Source: Myxococcaceae bacterium (GTDB taxonomy: Bacteria; Myxococcota; Myxococcia; Myxococcales; Myxococcaceae). From it: 64,000 nt of DNA. Positions 56,399-64,000 of this stretch are shown one piece after another (position 1 is the first letter of the stretch; each line of letters starts with the position of its first letter). Both the position numbers and the translations under genes were made by a program. Below the pieces are notes generated by a model. That model saw only the letters and a program-made list of their open reading frames with translations. It made no database searches and was not told where the DNA came from. Location: assembly GCA_046351675.1 (NCBI GenBank), contig JAXLYB010000002.1, positions 192,001-256,000 of the forward strand. The letters are read 5' to 3'.

Positions 56399-57031
56399 TC
56401 AGGGCTTGCGTCGAATGACGATGCCCTGCGAGTAGCGGAACACGCCCCACGCGACGCACGCCATCGACGCCACGCCGCCCAGGCGCACCGCGTAGAAGGC
56501 GAGGTCGTCGTTGATCTTCACCATCTCGGTGACGGTCATCATCGTGCCCAGGCCCAGCGCGAGCAGAATCGCCGCGCCAAAGCCCATCCAGTACAGGCCG
56601 ACGACGTGTGACGGGCCGGTGAGCCCGATGTCCGACAGGCTGAACACCGACGGCGAGAGCGTGTTGGTGCCGGCGGTCAGCTGCGCGCTCGGCAGCTCGG
56701 CGGGCATCGCGCCCATCACCGAGTTGACCAGCACCTTCGCCGACTCGTCGTCGTGGCCCTGGGCCTTGAGGCGCGTGATGGCGTCTTCGCGCGAGACGCC
56801 CTCGGTCTTCCACTTCGTGACCTGGTCGTAGGCGGTGCCCGACGCAGCGGCTGCGGGCTCGCTCGGAGAAGGCGAGGCAGAAGGGGGCGCGTCAGCAGTC
56901 GCAGTGCTCGTCGCGGTGGGAGCGGCTCCGCCCTCGGGCGCGGGCTTGTCCTTCCACCACGGGGAGTCCGGCGGGGAATCGCTCACGAGGCAACGCTGCG
57001 GGACCTGCCGGCCACTGTCAATGATCGCCAT
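56399..57031 (-). CDS. hypothetical membrane protein (the only sensible 3' part of a 717-aa antisense-rich ORF)
   Basis: The C-terminal 70 aa contain two TM helices (HVVGLYWMGFGAAILLALGLGTMM; LGGVASMACVAWGVF). Divergent from the PrsW gene. Confidence 0.45.
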   Translation of the reverse strand: MAIIDSGRQVPQRCLVSDSPPDSPWWKDKPAPEGGAAPTATSTATADAPPSASPSPSEPAAAASGTAYDQVTKWKTEGVSREDAITRLKAQGHDDESAKVLVNSVMGAMPAELPSAQLTAGTNTLSPSVFSLSDIGLTGPSHVVGLYWMGFGAAILLALGLGTMMTVTEMVKINDDLAFYAVRLGGVASMACVAWGVFRYSQGIVIRRKP

Positions 57032-57070
57032 CGCCCCGGTCGCGGCGGGTACACTCCCGGGCGCCCCGCC

Positions 57071-57835
57071 ATGATCTACCTGCTCGCCTTTTCCGGCGTC
57101 GTTCCCGCGGTGGTGTTGATGGCGGTGATGGCGCGCTTCGACAGCAAGCGCCCCGAGCCCAAGAAGCAGCTCTACCTCGCGACGCTCTTCGGCGGGCTCT
57201 CGACCATTCCCGTCATCTTCCTGCAGGTGGCGCTCGAGAAGCTGAACCCCGGCGGCGTGAGCGGCGCGCTGTACACCGCGTTCGGCGTCGCGGCGCTCAC
57301 CGAGGAGACCGCCAAGGCGCTCGTCGTCTACTTCGTGGTGTGGAAGAGCGCGGCCTTCGACGAGCGGCTCGACGGCATCGTGTACGCCACGCGCGCGGGC
57401 CTGGGCTTCGCGCTGGTCGAGAACGTCGGCTACCTGATGGGCGCCGAGAGCCTGCAGGGCTTCATCGGCATCTTCATCGTGCGCGCCATTCTCGCGGTGC
57501 CCGGCCACGCCATCTACGCGGGCTTCATGGGCTACTGGGCCGCGCGGAAGAAGTTCGACCAGACCGGCCCGGGGCTGCTCGGCGGGCTGGGCATCGCCAT
57601 CTTCCTGCACGGCGCGTACGACGCGGCGCTCTTCCTCATCGGCGTGCTCGGCAAGCAGGGCGGGCTCGCGGCGCTGTTGATTCTGCCGCTCCTCGCGGTG
57701 CCGCTGGTGGTGGTCATCGGCGGGTTCCGTCGGCTCAAGCGCCACGCCGAGGAAGCCCTGCGCCTCGACGACGTCTCGCACGCGCCGCGCCCCGAGCCGC
57801 GGCTGCCGTTTGGCATGGGCTTCGTCTTGCGGTGA
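57071..57835 (+). CDS. PrsW-family intramembrane metalloprotease
   Basis: EETAKAL (EExxK) and FLHGAYDAALF (FxxxHxxxD) motifs within 6-7 TM helices. Confidence 0.8.
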   Translation: MIYLLAFSGVVPAVVLMAVMARFDSKRPEPKKQLYLATLFGGLSTIPVIFLQVALEKLNPGGVSGALYTAFGVAALTEETAKALVVYFVVWKSAAFDERLDGIVYATRAGLGFALVENVGYLMGAESLQGFIGIFIVRAILAVPGHAIYAGFMGYWAARKKFDQTGPGLLGGLGIAIFLHGAYDAALFLIGVLGKQGGLAALLILPLLAVPLVVVIGGFRRLKRHAEEALRLDDVSHAPRPEPRLPFGMGFVLR

Positions 57836-57841
57836 GGGTCG

Positions 57842-59164
57842 ATGGCGACGCGCTTCTCCTTCGAGCTGGCGAAGGTGGCCGAGAAGTTCTCGGTGAAGCT
57901 CGACGCGCGCGGCCTGATTCCCCTCGACGACGCGCGGCGCTGGCTCGCACAGACCACCGCGTACGTGCGCGAGAGCGCTGATCAGACCTGGGCCGCGCTG
58001 CTCTCGCTCGAGTCGGCCGAGGAGTTCGTCCGCGCGGCGTCGGCGCTCGAATGGAAGTTCCCCATGCTGCGCGGGTGGGACAACGAAGACGCGGTGCGCC
58101 GCTACGGCGAGGGCGCGCTGCCGTGGCTCGAGACGCTGCTCGACCGCATCAAGGGGCGCGTGGGCGCGATTCCCGCGCTGCCGTTCAACTTCGTGGGCTC
58201 GCACCTCCTGGCGCTCGGGGGCGACGCGGCGGGCGCTGCGCTGCGCGTGAAGCTGTCGAGCGACGCCGACCCCGATGGGCTGGGCTTCGTCGTCGACTGG
58301 CTCAAGCGGCAGAAGGCCGACGGGTGGGCGGGGCTGGTGCGCCTGGCCGAGAGCGGCAACCCCGAGGCGAAGCGCGCGCTCGACGTGCTCGAGAAGCGCG
58401 ACCCGAAGGGCGTGGCGCGGGTGCTCAAGCAGGTGGGCGTGGCGGTCGCGAAGAAGAAGAAGGCCGAGCTGACGGTGGCGGGCGTGCTGCACGTGCTCGA
58501 CGCGGCCGCCGCGGCGCCGATGGGCGCGCGCATTCCGTGGCCGTCGCTGCACCCGACGTCAGGGCACTTCGAGCCGCACGCGTGGCGGGTGGTGACGGTG
58601 CGCCAGGAGAAAGGCGACCACTGGGGCGTGCTCATCGAGGTGGTGCAGGGCGACCTGCTCGACCCGAAGGTGAAGTGGCCGGCGGTGGTGCAGCGCTACA
58701 CGTACGGCTCGAAGGTGCAGTCGGGCGGGCGGTACGTGCTCGACGCGAAGCGGTTGAAGGTGAACCGGCGCACGAAGGTGACCGAGGAGCTCATCGAGAC
58801 GCTCGACTTGCGCGCCGGGCAGTCGGTGACCGGCGCGGTGGAGTCGTGGAAGGACGTGCTGCTGATTCGCCATGCGCTCGCGAGGGACCCTGGCGTGTTC
58901 TTCGCGCCCGCGGAGAAGGCGGCGAAGGTGCTCAAGGTGCCGAAGGGGAAGGTCGTGTCCGTCGTGACGAAGTGGGAGCACGTCGATGGCACGGCGCTCG
59001 GGAAGGACGAGCACGCGCGGTTGCCGTCGAGCTCGGTGGCGTGGAAGAGCCTCGCCGAGGCGTTGGTCGCGAGGGACGCGTCGAAGTTCCAGGCGGGGGC
59101 GGTGAACACCGAGTGGCGCTCGTTGCTCCCTCTCCCTGCGACGGCGGGGAGAGGGTCGGGGTGA
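57842..59164 (+). CDS. hypothetical protein
   Basis: 440 aa, Lys/Ala-rich centre. The last 15 codons are REP-encoded (LPLPATAGRGSG). Confidence 0.6.
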   Translation: MATRFSFELAKVAEKFSVKLDARGLIPLDDARRWLAQTTAYVRESADQTWAALLSLESAEEFVRAASALEWKFPMLRGWDNEDAVRRYGEGALPWLETLLDRIKGRVGAIPALPFNFVGSHLLALGGDAAGAALRVKLSSDADPDGLGFVVDWLKRQKADGWAGLVRLAESGNPEAKRALDVLEKRDPKGVARVLKQVGVAVAKKKKAELTVAGVLHVLDAAAAAPMGARIPWPSLHPTSGHFEPHAWRVVTVRQEKGDHWGVLIEVVQGDLLDPKVKWPAVVQRYTYGSKVQSGGRYVLDAKRLKVNRRTKVTEELIETLDLRAGQSVTGAVESWKDVLLIRHALARDPGVFFAPAEKAAKVLKVPKGKVVSVVTKWEHVDGTALGKDEHARLPSSSVAWKSLAEALVARDASKFQAGAVNTEWRSLLPLPATAGRGSG

Positions 59165-59399
59165 GGGGCTGGAATTGCCACCTGCGCCCGACGCTTCTCT
59201 CCTCACCCCAACCCTCTCCTCTGAAGAGGAGAGGGAGCAAGTCGAAGTTCCAGGCGGGGGCGGTGAACACCGAGTGGCGCTCGCTGCTCCCTCTCCCTGC
59301 GACCGCGGGGAGAGGGTCGGGGTGAGGGGCTGAAATTGCCACCTGCGCCCGACGCTTCTCTCCTCACCCCAACCCTCTCCTCTGAAGAGGAGAGGGAGC
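59078..59399. repeat. 161-bp tandem duplication (2 copies), each containing one direct and one inverted REP element plus the last 85 bp of the upstream CDS
   Basis: gtcgaagttccaggcgggggcggtgaacaccgagtggcgctcg...gaagaggagagggagcaa occurs at 59080 and 59241 with 3 mismatches. Confidence 0.85.
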
Positions 59400-59401
59400 A
59401 A

Positions 59402-62400
59402 TCAGTTCGACGGCGCCGCCTGCCCGTTCGCGCCAGCGTTCCCCGGCGACGAGCCACCCGCACCCGCCGTGCCGTTGTTCATCGTGACCGAGGTCAGCAC
59501 CGGCGCCGAGTTCACCTTGTAGAGCGCGTACGACCACCCGCCCTGCCCGCCGCCACCGTGCCCACCGCGCCCGCCGGCGCCACCATTGCCGCCGCGGCCG
59601 CCACCACCGACCTCGCTGGTGCACGCCGTACCGCCACCCGCGCCCGAGCCCGGTGAGCCGCCGCCACCACCCGGCCCGCCCTGCCCGCCGTTGCCGCCCG
59701 CGCCCGAGGTGAGAATCACCGTCTCGAGCCGCAGCCCGTTCGACCCGATGAGGAACAGCGCGAACGACGACCCGCCCGGCGAGCCACCGCGCGCCAGCGT
59801 GCCGTGACACCCGCCACCGCCACCACCACCGCCGCCGTTGCCGCCGCCGTCGTCGACGCACAGGCCGCCCTGGCCACCGCCGCCGCCACCACCGCCACCG
59901 CCGTTGCCGTCAGCTCCGTCGGTGCCATCCGCGCCCGGCGCGCACTCGAGGTACGGGCCGACCAGCTGCGCGTTGTTGCCACCCGCACCATCGGTGCCGG
60001 GGTTGCCCGCCGCGCCAGGCGCACCATCACCACCCGCGCCGGCCGTACACCCGCCGCTCAAGCACAGCGTCGAGTTCGCGCTGCACTGCGGGCCTGCGCT
60101 GCCGCCGCTGGCCACGACTCCGGCGAAGCCACCCTGCCCCGCGTTGCTGCCCTCGGCGCCACCGTTGCCGCCCGCGCCGCCGTTCCGCGCGCAGACCGAG
60201 AAGCCTCCCGGCCCGCCCGCGCCCGCCGCGCTGTCGCACGAGCCGTTGCCGCCCGGGCTCCCGTCACCCGCCGGCGCGCCCGCCGTGCCGCTCGCGCCCG
60301 CGGTGCCATTCGCGCCCGCGCCCGCCGTCACGTTCACCTGGTGCAGCAGCAGGTTGGTGCAGTTCACGCAATGCAGGCCGATGGAGCTCGCGCCCGCGCC
60401 CGTCGCGTTGCCCGAGCGAATCGCGAGATACGCCACCGTGGTGTTCACGTTGATGGCGTTGCCCGTCACCGCGATGACCTTGCCGCTGACCGTGGTGTCG
60501 TTCTGGATGGTCACCGGGTACAGCGAGGTGTTGCGCGTCCAGTTCGCGACCTGCGAGTAGCCGCCGTAGACCGAGACTCCGGGGCGCAGCGAGACCGTCT
60601 CGAGGTAGACGCCCGTCGAGACGTACACGTGCGGCTTCGCGAGGCTCGCCGCGTTGATGCCCGCCTGCACGGTGCGCTTGGGCGCCAGCTTGGTGCCGGG
60701 GTTCGCGTCGGCGCCGAGCTGCGAGACGAAGATGGCGCGCGACTCGTCGCCGTCGATGCCGTCGCAGTTCGCGTCGACCACCGCGTCATCGGGGTCATCG
60801 ACGCCGCTGGGCGTGCAGAGGAACTCGCAGCCGTTCGACGACAGGCCGTCGAAGTCGATGAAGCCGGGCAGACACGAGAAGCCGCAGGTGTTGAGCGCGC
60901 AGTACCGCGCGGCGTTGGGCCGGTTGGGGCACACCGTCGAGCAGTTGCCGCACGCGTTCACGTTGCTGTCGATGTTGGTCTCGCAGCCGTCGGGGCTCTG
61001 GCCGTTGCAGTTGCTCCAGCCCGCGTTGCAGGCGCCGAGCTGGCAGGTCGACGTGACGCAGGTGGCGGCCGCGTGCGCGTAGGTGCACACGTTGCCGCAG
61101 CCGCCGCAGTTGTTGGGGTTGTTCGAGGTGTTCACCTCGCAGCCGTCGACGAACTGCAGGTTGCAGTCGACCGTGCTGGCCACGCAGGTGTTCACGAAGC
61201 ACGCGCCGCCGGTGCAGCGGGCGCCGGTGACGTTGGGCGCGCTGCAGACGCGGCCGCACGAGCCGCAGTTGTTCACGTCGGTCGCGAGGTTGTAGCCCTC
61301 GTCGATCAACCCATCGCAGTCGTTGTCGAGCAGGTCACAGGTCTCGACGCCGCCGTTGGTGATGGCGCACGCGTACTCGCAGCCGTCGAGCGGCGAGCCG
61401 TTGATGTTCCAGAAGTTGGGCTGGCACGCGCCGATGCCGCAGAAGCCGTTCAAGCACACGCCGCTCGCGTGGGCCGGCGCGCAGGGGGCGTTGCACGCGC
61501 CGCAGTTGGCGAGGTCGGAGTTGGTGTTGATTTCACACCCGTCGCCCACCGTGCCGTTGCAGTTCGCGTAGCCGGAGTTGCACGTCACGATGCCGCAGGT
61601 GCCCGTGGTGCAGCGGGGCGTCGCGTTGGGCGGGTTGCAGGGCTGGGCGCAGCCGCCGCAGTTCTGCAGGTCGCTGTCGGTGCTCACCTCGCACCCGTCG
61701 GCGTACTGGCCGTTGCAGTTGGCGTGGCCCTGGACGCAGGAGTTGATGCGGCACATCGAGCTCCCGCAGCCGGTGATGGCGAAGGGCGCAGTGCACACCG
61801 TGGTGCACGAGCCGCAGTGGTCGGGGTCGCTGGTGAGGTCGAAGTCTTCGTCGACGCGGTTGTCGCAGTCGTTGTCGATGCGGTCGCACTGCTCGACGCC
61901 GTTGTTGGTGAGCACGCACGCGTACTCGCAGCCGTTGGCGCGCTGGCCGTCGACGTCCCACCAGTTGGGTTGGCAGGTGTACTGGCAGCCGCCGTTCACG
62001 CAGCTGTTGTTGGCGTTCGCCGCGTTGCAGGTGACGTTGCAGCCGCCGCAGTTGCTCAGCGAGGTGTTGGTGTTCACCTCGCAGCCATCGGGCACGAGGG
62101 TGTTGCAGTTCGCGAAGCCCGGGTCGCACGTGCCGACGCGGCACGAGCCGACCACGCACGCCGGGGTGGCGTTGGGCGTCACGCACGCGCGGCCGCACTG
62201 GCCGCAGTGGTTCGGGTCGCTGGCCACCTGCACCTCGCACCCGTCGGCGTACTGCTGGTTGCAGTTGGCGCGGCCCATGGCGCAGACCGCGATGCCGCAC
62301 GTGCCCGCGACGCAGGCGTAGGAGCTGACCGAGCCGCCCGGCACCGAGCACACCAGGCCGCACTGGCCGCAGTTGTTGGGGTCGCTCGGCAGGTTCCAGT

Positions 62401-63232
62401 CTTCGTCGATCTGGCCGTCGCAGTCGTTGTCGATGCCGTCACACACCTCGGCGGTGACCTGCACGTTGTCGTCGATGCCGCCGTTGCAGTCGTCGTCCTT
62501 GCCGTTGCAGACCTCGGTGGTGGGCTGGCCGGGCACGCACGCCTGCGGCACGCCGTTGATGCACGACGCGGTGGTGCGCTTGCACTCGCCCACGCCGCAG
62601 TGCGCGTCGCCGAGGTCTTCGTCGGTCATGCCGTCGCAGTCGTCGTCTTGCCCGTTGCACGTCTCACCCGCCGGCACCTTCGCCGAGCAGGTGGTGAAGC
62701 CGACCGGCGGCTCGCAGACCTTCACGCCGAGGCAGCGGCCCGCGTCGGTGTCGTTCTCGCAGGGCACCTGCTGGCCGGCGTTGGCGGCGACGCAGTCGCA
62801 GGTGCCGGACGTCGGCGCGCACTGGTGGTCGGCGGTGCAGGTGTACGTCGGCGGGCAGGTGCCGTCGAAGCTGCAGTCGCGCCCGCAGACCTTCGTGCCG
62901 CCCACGGTGATGCAGCGGTCAGCCGCGCGCGGACAGTCGGCGTCGGAATCGCACGGCTTGCAGAGGCCCGCGCGCTCGGGGACGCAGGCGTAGCGGTTGC
63001 CGGGCAGCGTGGTGCACACGTCGGACCCGCGGCAGCCCTGGGTGCACGGGCGCAGGCAGACCTTCGGCGCGCCTTCGACCGAGTCGCACAGCCCTGTCTC
63101 GCAGCGCTCGTCTTCCTGGCAGGGCTGCAGCTCGGCGATGGGCGTCTCGATGGCCGCGCGGCGCTGGCAGTTGCACGACGACAGCGCGCTGATCAACGCC
63201 AGCAGCGCGGCGACTCTCGAAGTGGATTTCAT
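59402..63232 (-). CDS. giant Cys-rich / Gly-rich secreted lipoprotein (ATG at 63232; ORF-track start 63463 is artefactual)
   Basis: MKSTSRVAALLALISALSSC lipobox. About 25 repeats of NCGxCGxxCxxxxAxxxCxxGxC-type Cys modules. A C-terminal GGAGGNGG poly-Gly region similar to that of the protein at 17590-19965. Confidence 0.75.
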   Translation of the reverse strand: MKSTSRVAALLALISALSSCNCQRRAAIETPIAELQPCQEDERCETGLCDSVEGAPKVCLRPCTQGCRGSDVCTTLPGNRYACVPERAGLCKPCDSDADCPRAADRCITVGGTKVCGRDCSFDGTCPPTYTCTADHQCAPTSGTCDCVAANAGQQVPCENDTDAGRCLGVKVCEPPVGFTTCSAKVPAGETCNGQDDDCDGMTDEDLGDAHCGVGECKRTTASCINGVPQACVPGQPTTEVCNGKDDDCNGGIDDNVQVTAEVCDGIDNDCDGQIDEDWNLPSDPNNCGQCGLVCSVPGGSVSSYACVAGTCGIAVCAMGRANCNQQYADGCEVQVASDPNHCGQCGRACVTPNATPACVVGSCRVGTCDPGFANCNTLVPDGCEVNTNTSLSNCGGCNVTCNAANANNSCVNGGCQYTCQPNWWDVDGQRANGCEYACVLTNNGVEQCDRIDNDCDNRVDEDFDLTSDPDHCGSCTTVCTAPFAITGCGSSMCRINSCVQGHANCNGQYADGCEVSTDSDLQNCGGCAQPCNPPNATPRCTTGTCGIVTCNSGYANCNGTVGDGCEINTNSDLANCGACNAPCAPAHASGVCLNGFCGIGACQPNFWNINGSPLDGCEYACAITNGGVETCDLLDNDCDGLIDEGYNLATDVNNCGSCGRVCSAPNVTGARCTGGACFVNTCVASTVDCNLQFVDGCEVNTSNNPNNCGGCGNVCTYAHAAATCVTSTCQLGACNAGWSNCNGQSPDGCETNIDSNVNACGNCSTVCPNRPNAARYCALNTCGFSCLPGFIDFDGLSSNGCEFLCTPSGVDDPDDAVVDANCDGIDGDESRAIFVSQLGADANPGTKLAPKRTVQAGINAASLAKPHVYVSTGVYLETVSLRPGVSVYGGYSQVANWTRNTSLYPVTIQNDTTVSGKVIAVTGNAINVNTTVAYLAIRSGNATGAGASSIGLHCVNCTNLLLHQVNVTAGAGANGTAGASGTAGAPAGDGSPGGNGSCDSAAGAGGPGGFSVCARNGGAGGNGGAEGSNAGQGGFAGVVASGGSAGPQCSANSTLCLSGGCTAGAGGDGAPGAAGNPGTDGAGGNNAQLVGPYLECAPGADGTDGADGNGGGGGGGGGGQGGLCVDDGGGNGGGGGGGGGCHGTLARGGSPGGSSFALFLIGSNGLRLETVILTSGAGGNGGQGGPGGGGGSPGSGAGGGTACTSEVGGGGRGGNGGAGGRGGHGGGGQGGWSYALYKVNSAPVLTSVTMNNGTAGAGGSSPGNAGANGQAAPSN

Positions 63233-63281
63233 GGTCAGGGGCGGGGAACCCACCCAGCAGAACCATGACCACCCGGTTTGG

Positions 63282-63737
63282 TCAACGGAGCGGCTGCGAC
63301 TTTTCCGACGGCACGGCCTGCACCGAGACTTCCATGCCGCCGGCCGCCAGCGCGTGGAGCGCGTCGGTGTCGGACTGGTCGAGGAAGACCGAGCGGGAGA
63401 TGGCCTCGCGGCCCGGGCCGGAGTGCACGTTGCCCAGGTTGAGCGGCACCGCGGGCAGGCCACGCGCGCGCGCGGCGACGGCGCTCTTCACGTCGCGGAA
63501 CAACAGCAGGGTGCGCACGCCATCACCGGCGAGCGCCGCGAAGTCGGTCCCGCCGACGGTCGAGAGCACCACCTCGATGTCGGGGGGCACGGCGAGGCCG
63601 TACGCCATCCTGGTCATCGGGTCGGCGGCAGCGGCGTCATCGGCGACCACCACGCGGCGCACGGCGAGATGCGGGAGCCAGGCCTCGACCACCTGGCCAT
63701 GGATGAGGCGACTGTCGATGCGGGTCCAGGCAATCAC
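63282..63737 (-). CDS. PTS system mannose/fructose/sorbose-family EIIB component
   Basis: IAWTRIDSRLIHGQVVEAW is the EIIB(Man) phospho-His motif. GTG start. Confidence 0.8.
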   Translation of the reverse strand: MIAWTRIDSRLIHGQVVEAWLPHLAVRRVVVADDAAAADPMTRMAYGLAVPPDIEVVLSTVGGTDFAALAGDGVRTLLLFRDVKSAVAARARGLPAVPLNLGNVHSGPGREAISRSVFLDQSDTDALHALAAGGMEVSVQAVPSEKSQPLR

Positions 63738-63774
63738 GACTCACTCCCACTGCTGCGCGACCGCCGGCGGCTTT

Positions 63775-64000
63775 TCACGACCGTGGCGGCGACGTCAACT
63801 GCGACTCGACCAGGCTCTTCACGATGATGACCCGTGAGACACCGAAGGTCTGCAGAACGGTTCGCAGCTGCGCCTCGGCCGACCGGGCAGCCTGCTCGGA
63901 AAGAGAGGCGTCGCGCTCGGCGTCGGCCTGGAGCCGGGCCCGCGCAAACACGAGGAAATCGCCGGTCTGGGCGGCGTCGAGGGAGCTGTGGAGGAAGCGC
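63775..64000 (-). CDS. 3' end of an upstream gene, possibly PTS EIIA(Man)-like; partial at window edge
   Basis: Minus-strand frame reads ...FLVFARARLQADAERDASLSEQAARSAEAQLRTVLQTFGVSRVIIVKSLVESQLTSPPRS-stop at 63775-63777. Co-oriented with the IIB gene. Confidence 0.3.
   Translation of the reverse strand, partial: RFLHSSLDAAQTGDFLVFARARLQADAERDASLSEQAARSAEAQLRTVLQTFGVSRVIIVKSLVESQLTSPPRS

Noticed and set aside
56399-58552. 717-aa minus-strand ORF
   Set aside because: Most of it is antisense to PrsW and the 57842-59164 gene. Only the 3' 210 codons (56399-57031), with two TM helices, are plausible.
86-59400. Possibility that the recurring palindromic repeats form a CRISPR array
   Set aside because: Copies are dispersed kilobases apart in both orientations. 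They have no regular spacer spacing and no cas genes, which fits a REP/MITE, not CRISPR.
59804-63268. 1154-aa + strand ORF
   Set aside because: Antisense to the 59402-63232 Cys-rich lipoprotein for the same reason.

Overview
The window is a high-GC (about 70%) bacterial chromosome segment with clear Myxococcota hallmarks: a MYXO-CTERM sorting tail, 'myxococcus cysteine-rich repeat' modules, a DUF4388 protein, a Ser/Thr kinase, many lipoproteins with an L-x-x-C lipobox, and two TIGR02996-like 'repeat-companion' domains that suggest a Sorangiineae/Polyangia-type genome. I call about 55 genes. Called genes include:
- two ECF sigma/anti-sigma pairs;
- an SbcD/SbcC-like nuclease-ATPase pair;
- thymidylate kinase and NAD-isocitrate dehydrogenase;
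- an unusual PilZ-Hsp70 fusion;
- a TetR / SAM-methyltransferase / DUF58 / BatA / hybrid kinase cluster;
- a PrsW protease, an OmpA lipoprotein and PTS IIB(Man);
- several giant secreted repeat proteins.
Non-genic content is dominated by a family of about 20 copies of a 40-45 bp palindromic REP/MITE-like element (CCCTCTCC-loop-GGAGAGGG followed by TCGGGGTGAGGGG). One copy carries an IS50-like IS4-family insertion with a 10-bp target duplication. REP copies also sit next to a 161-bp tandem duplication, a 63-bp tandem repeat and a degenerate duplicate of a gene's 5' end. The most interesting candidate systems are an ECF sigma / zf-HC2 anti-sigma / caspase-like outer-membrane beta-barrel / lipoprotein cluster, the icd-linked PilZ-Hsp70 fusion with a 78-bp tandem-repeat linker, and two lysine-rich proteins that share an N-terminal module. 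Many long listed ORFs are antisense high-GC artefacts and were rejected. Several real genes have ORF-track N-termini inflated by read-through of REP elements, so starts were re-picked by hand.
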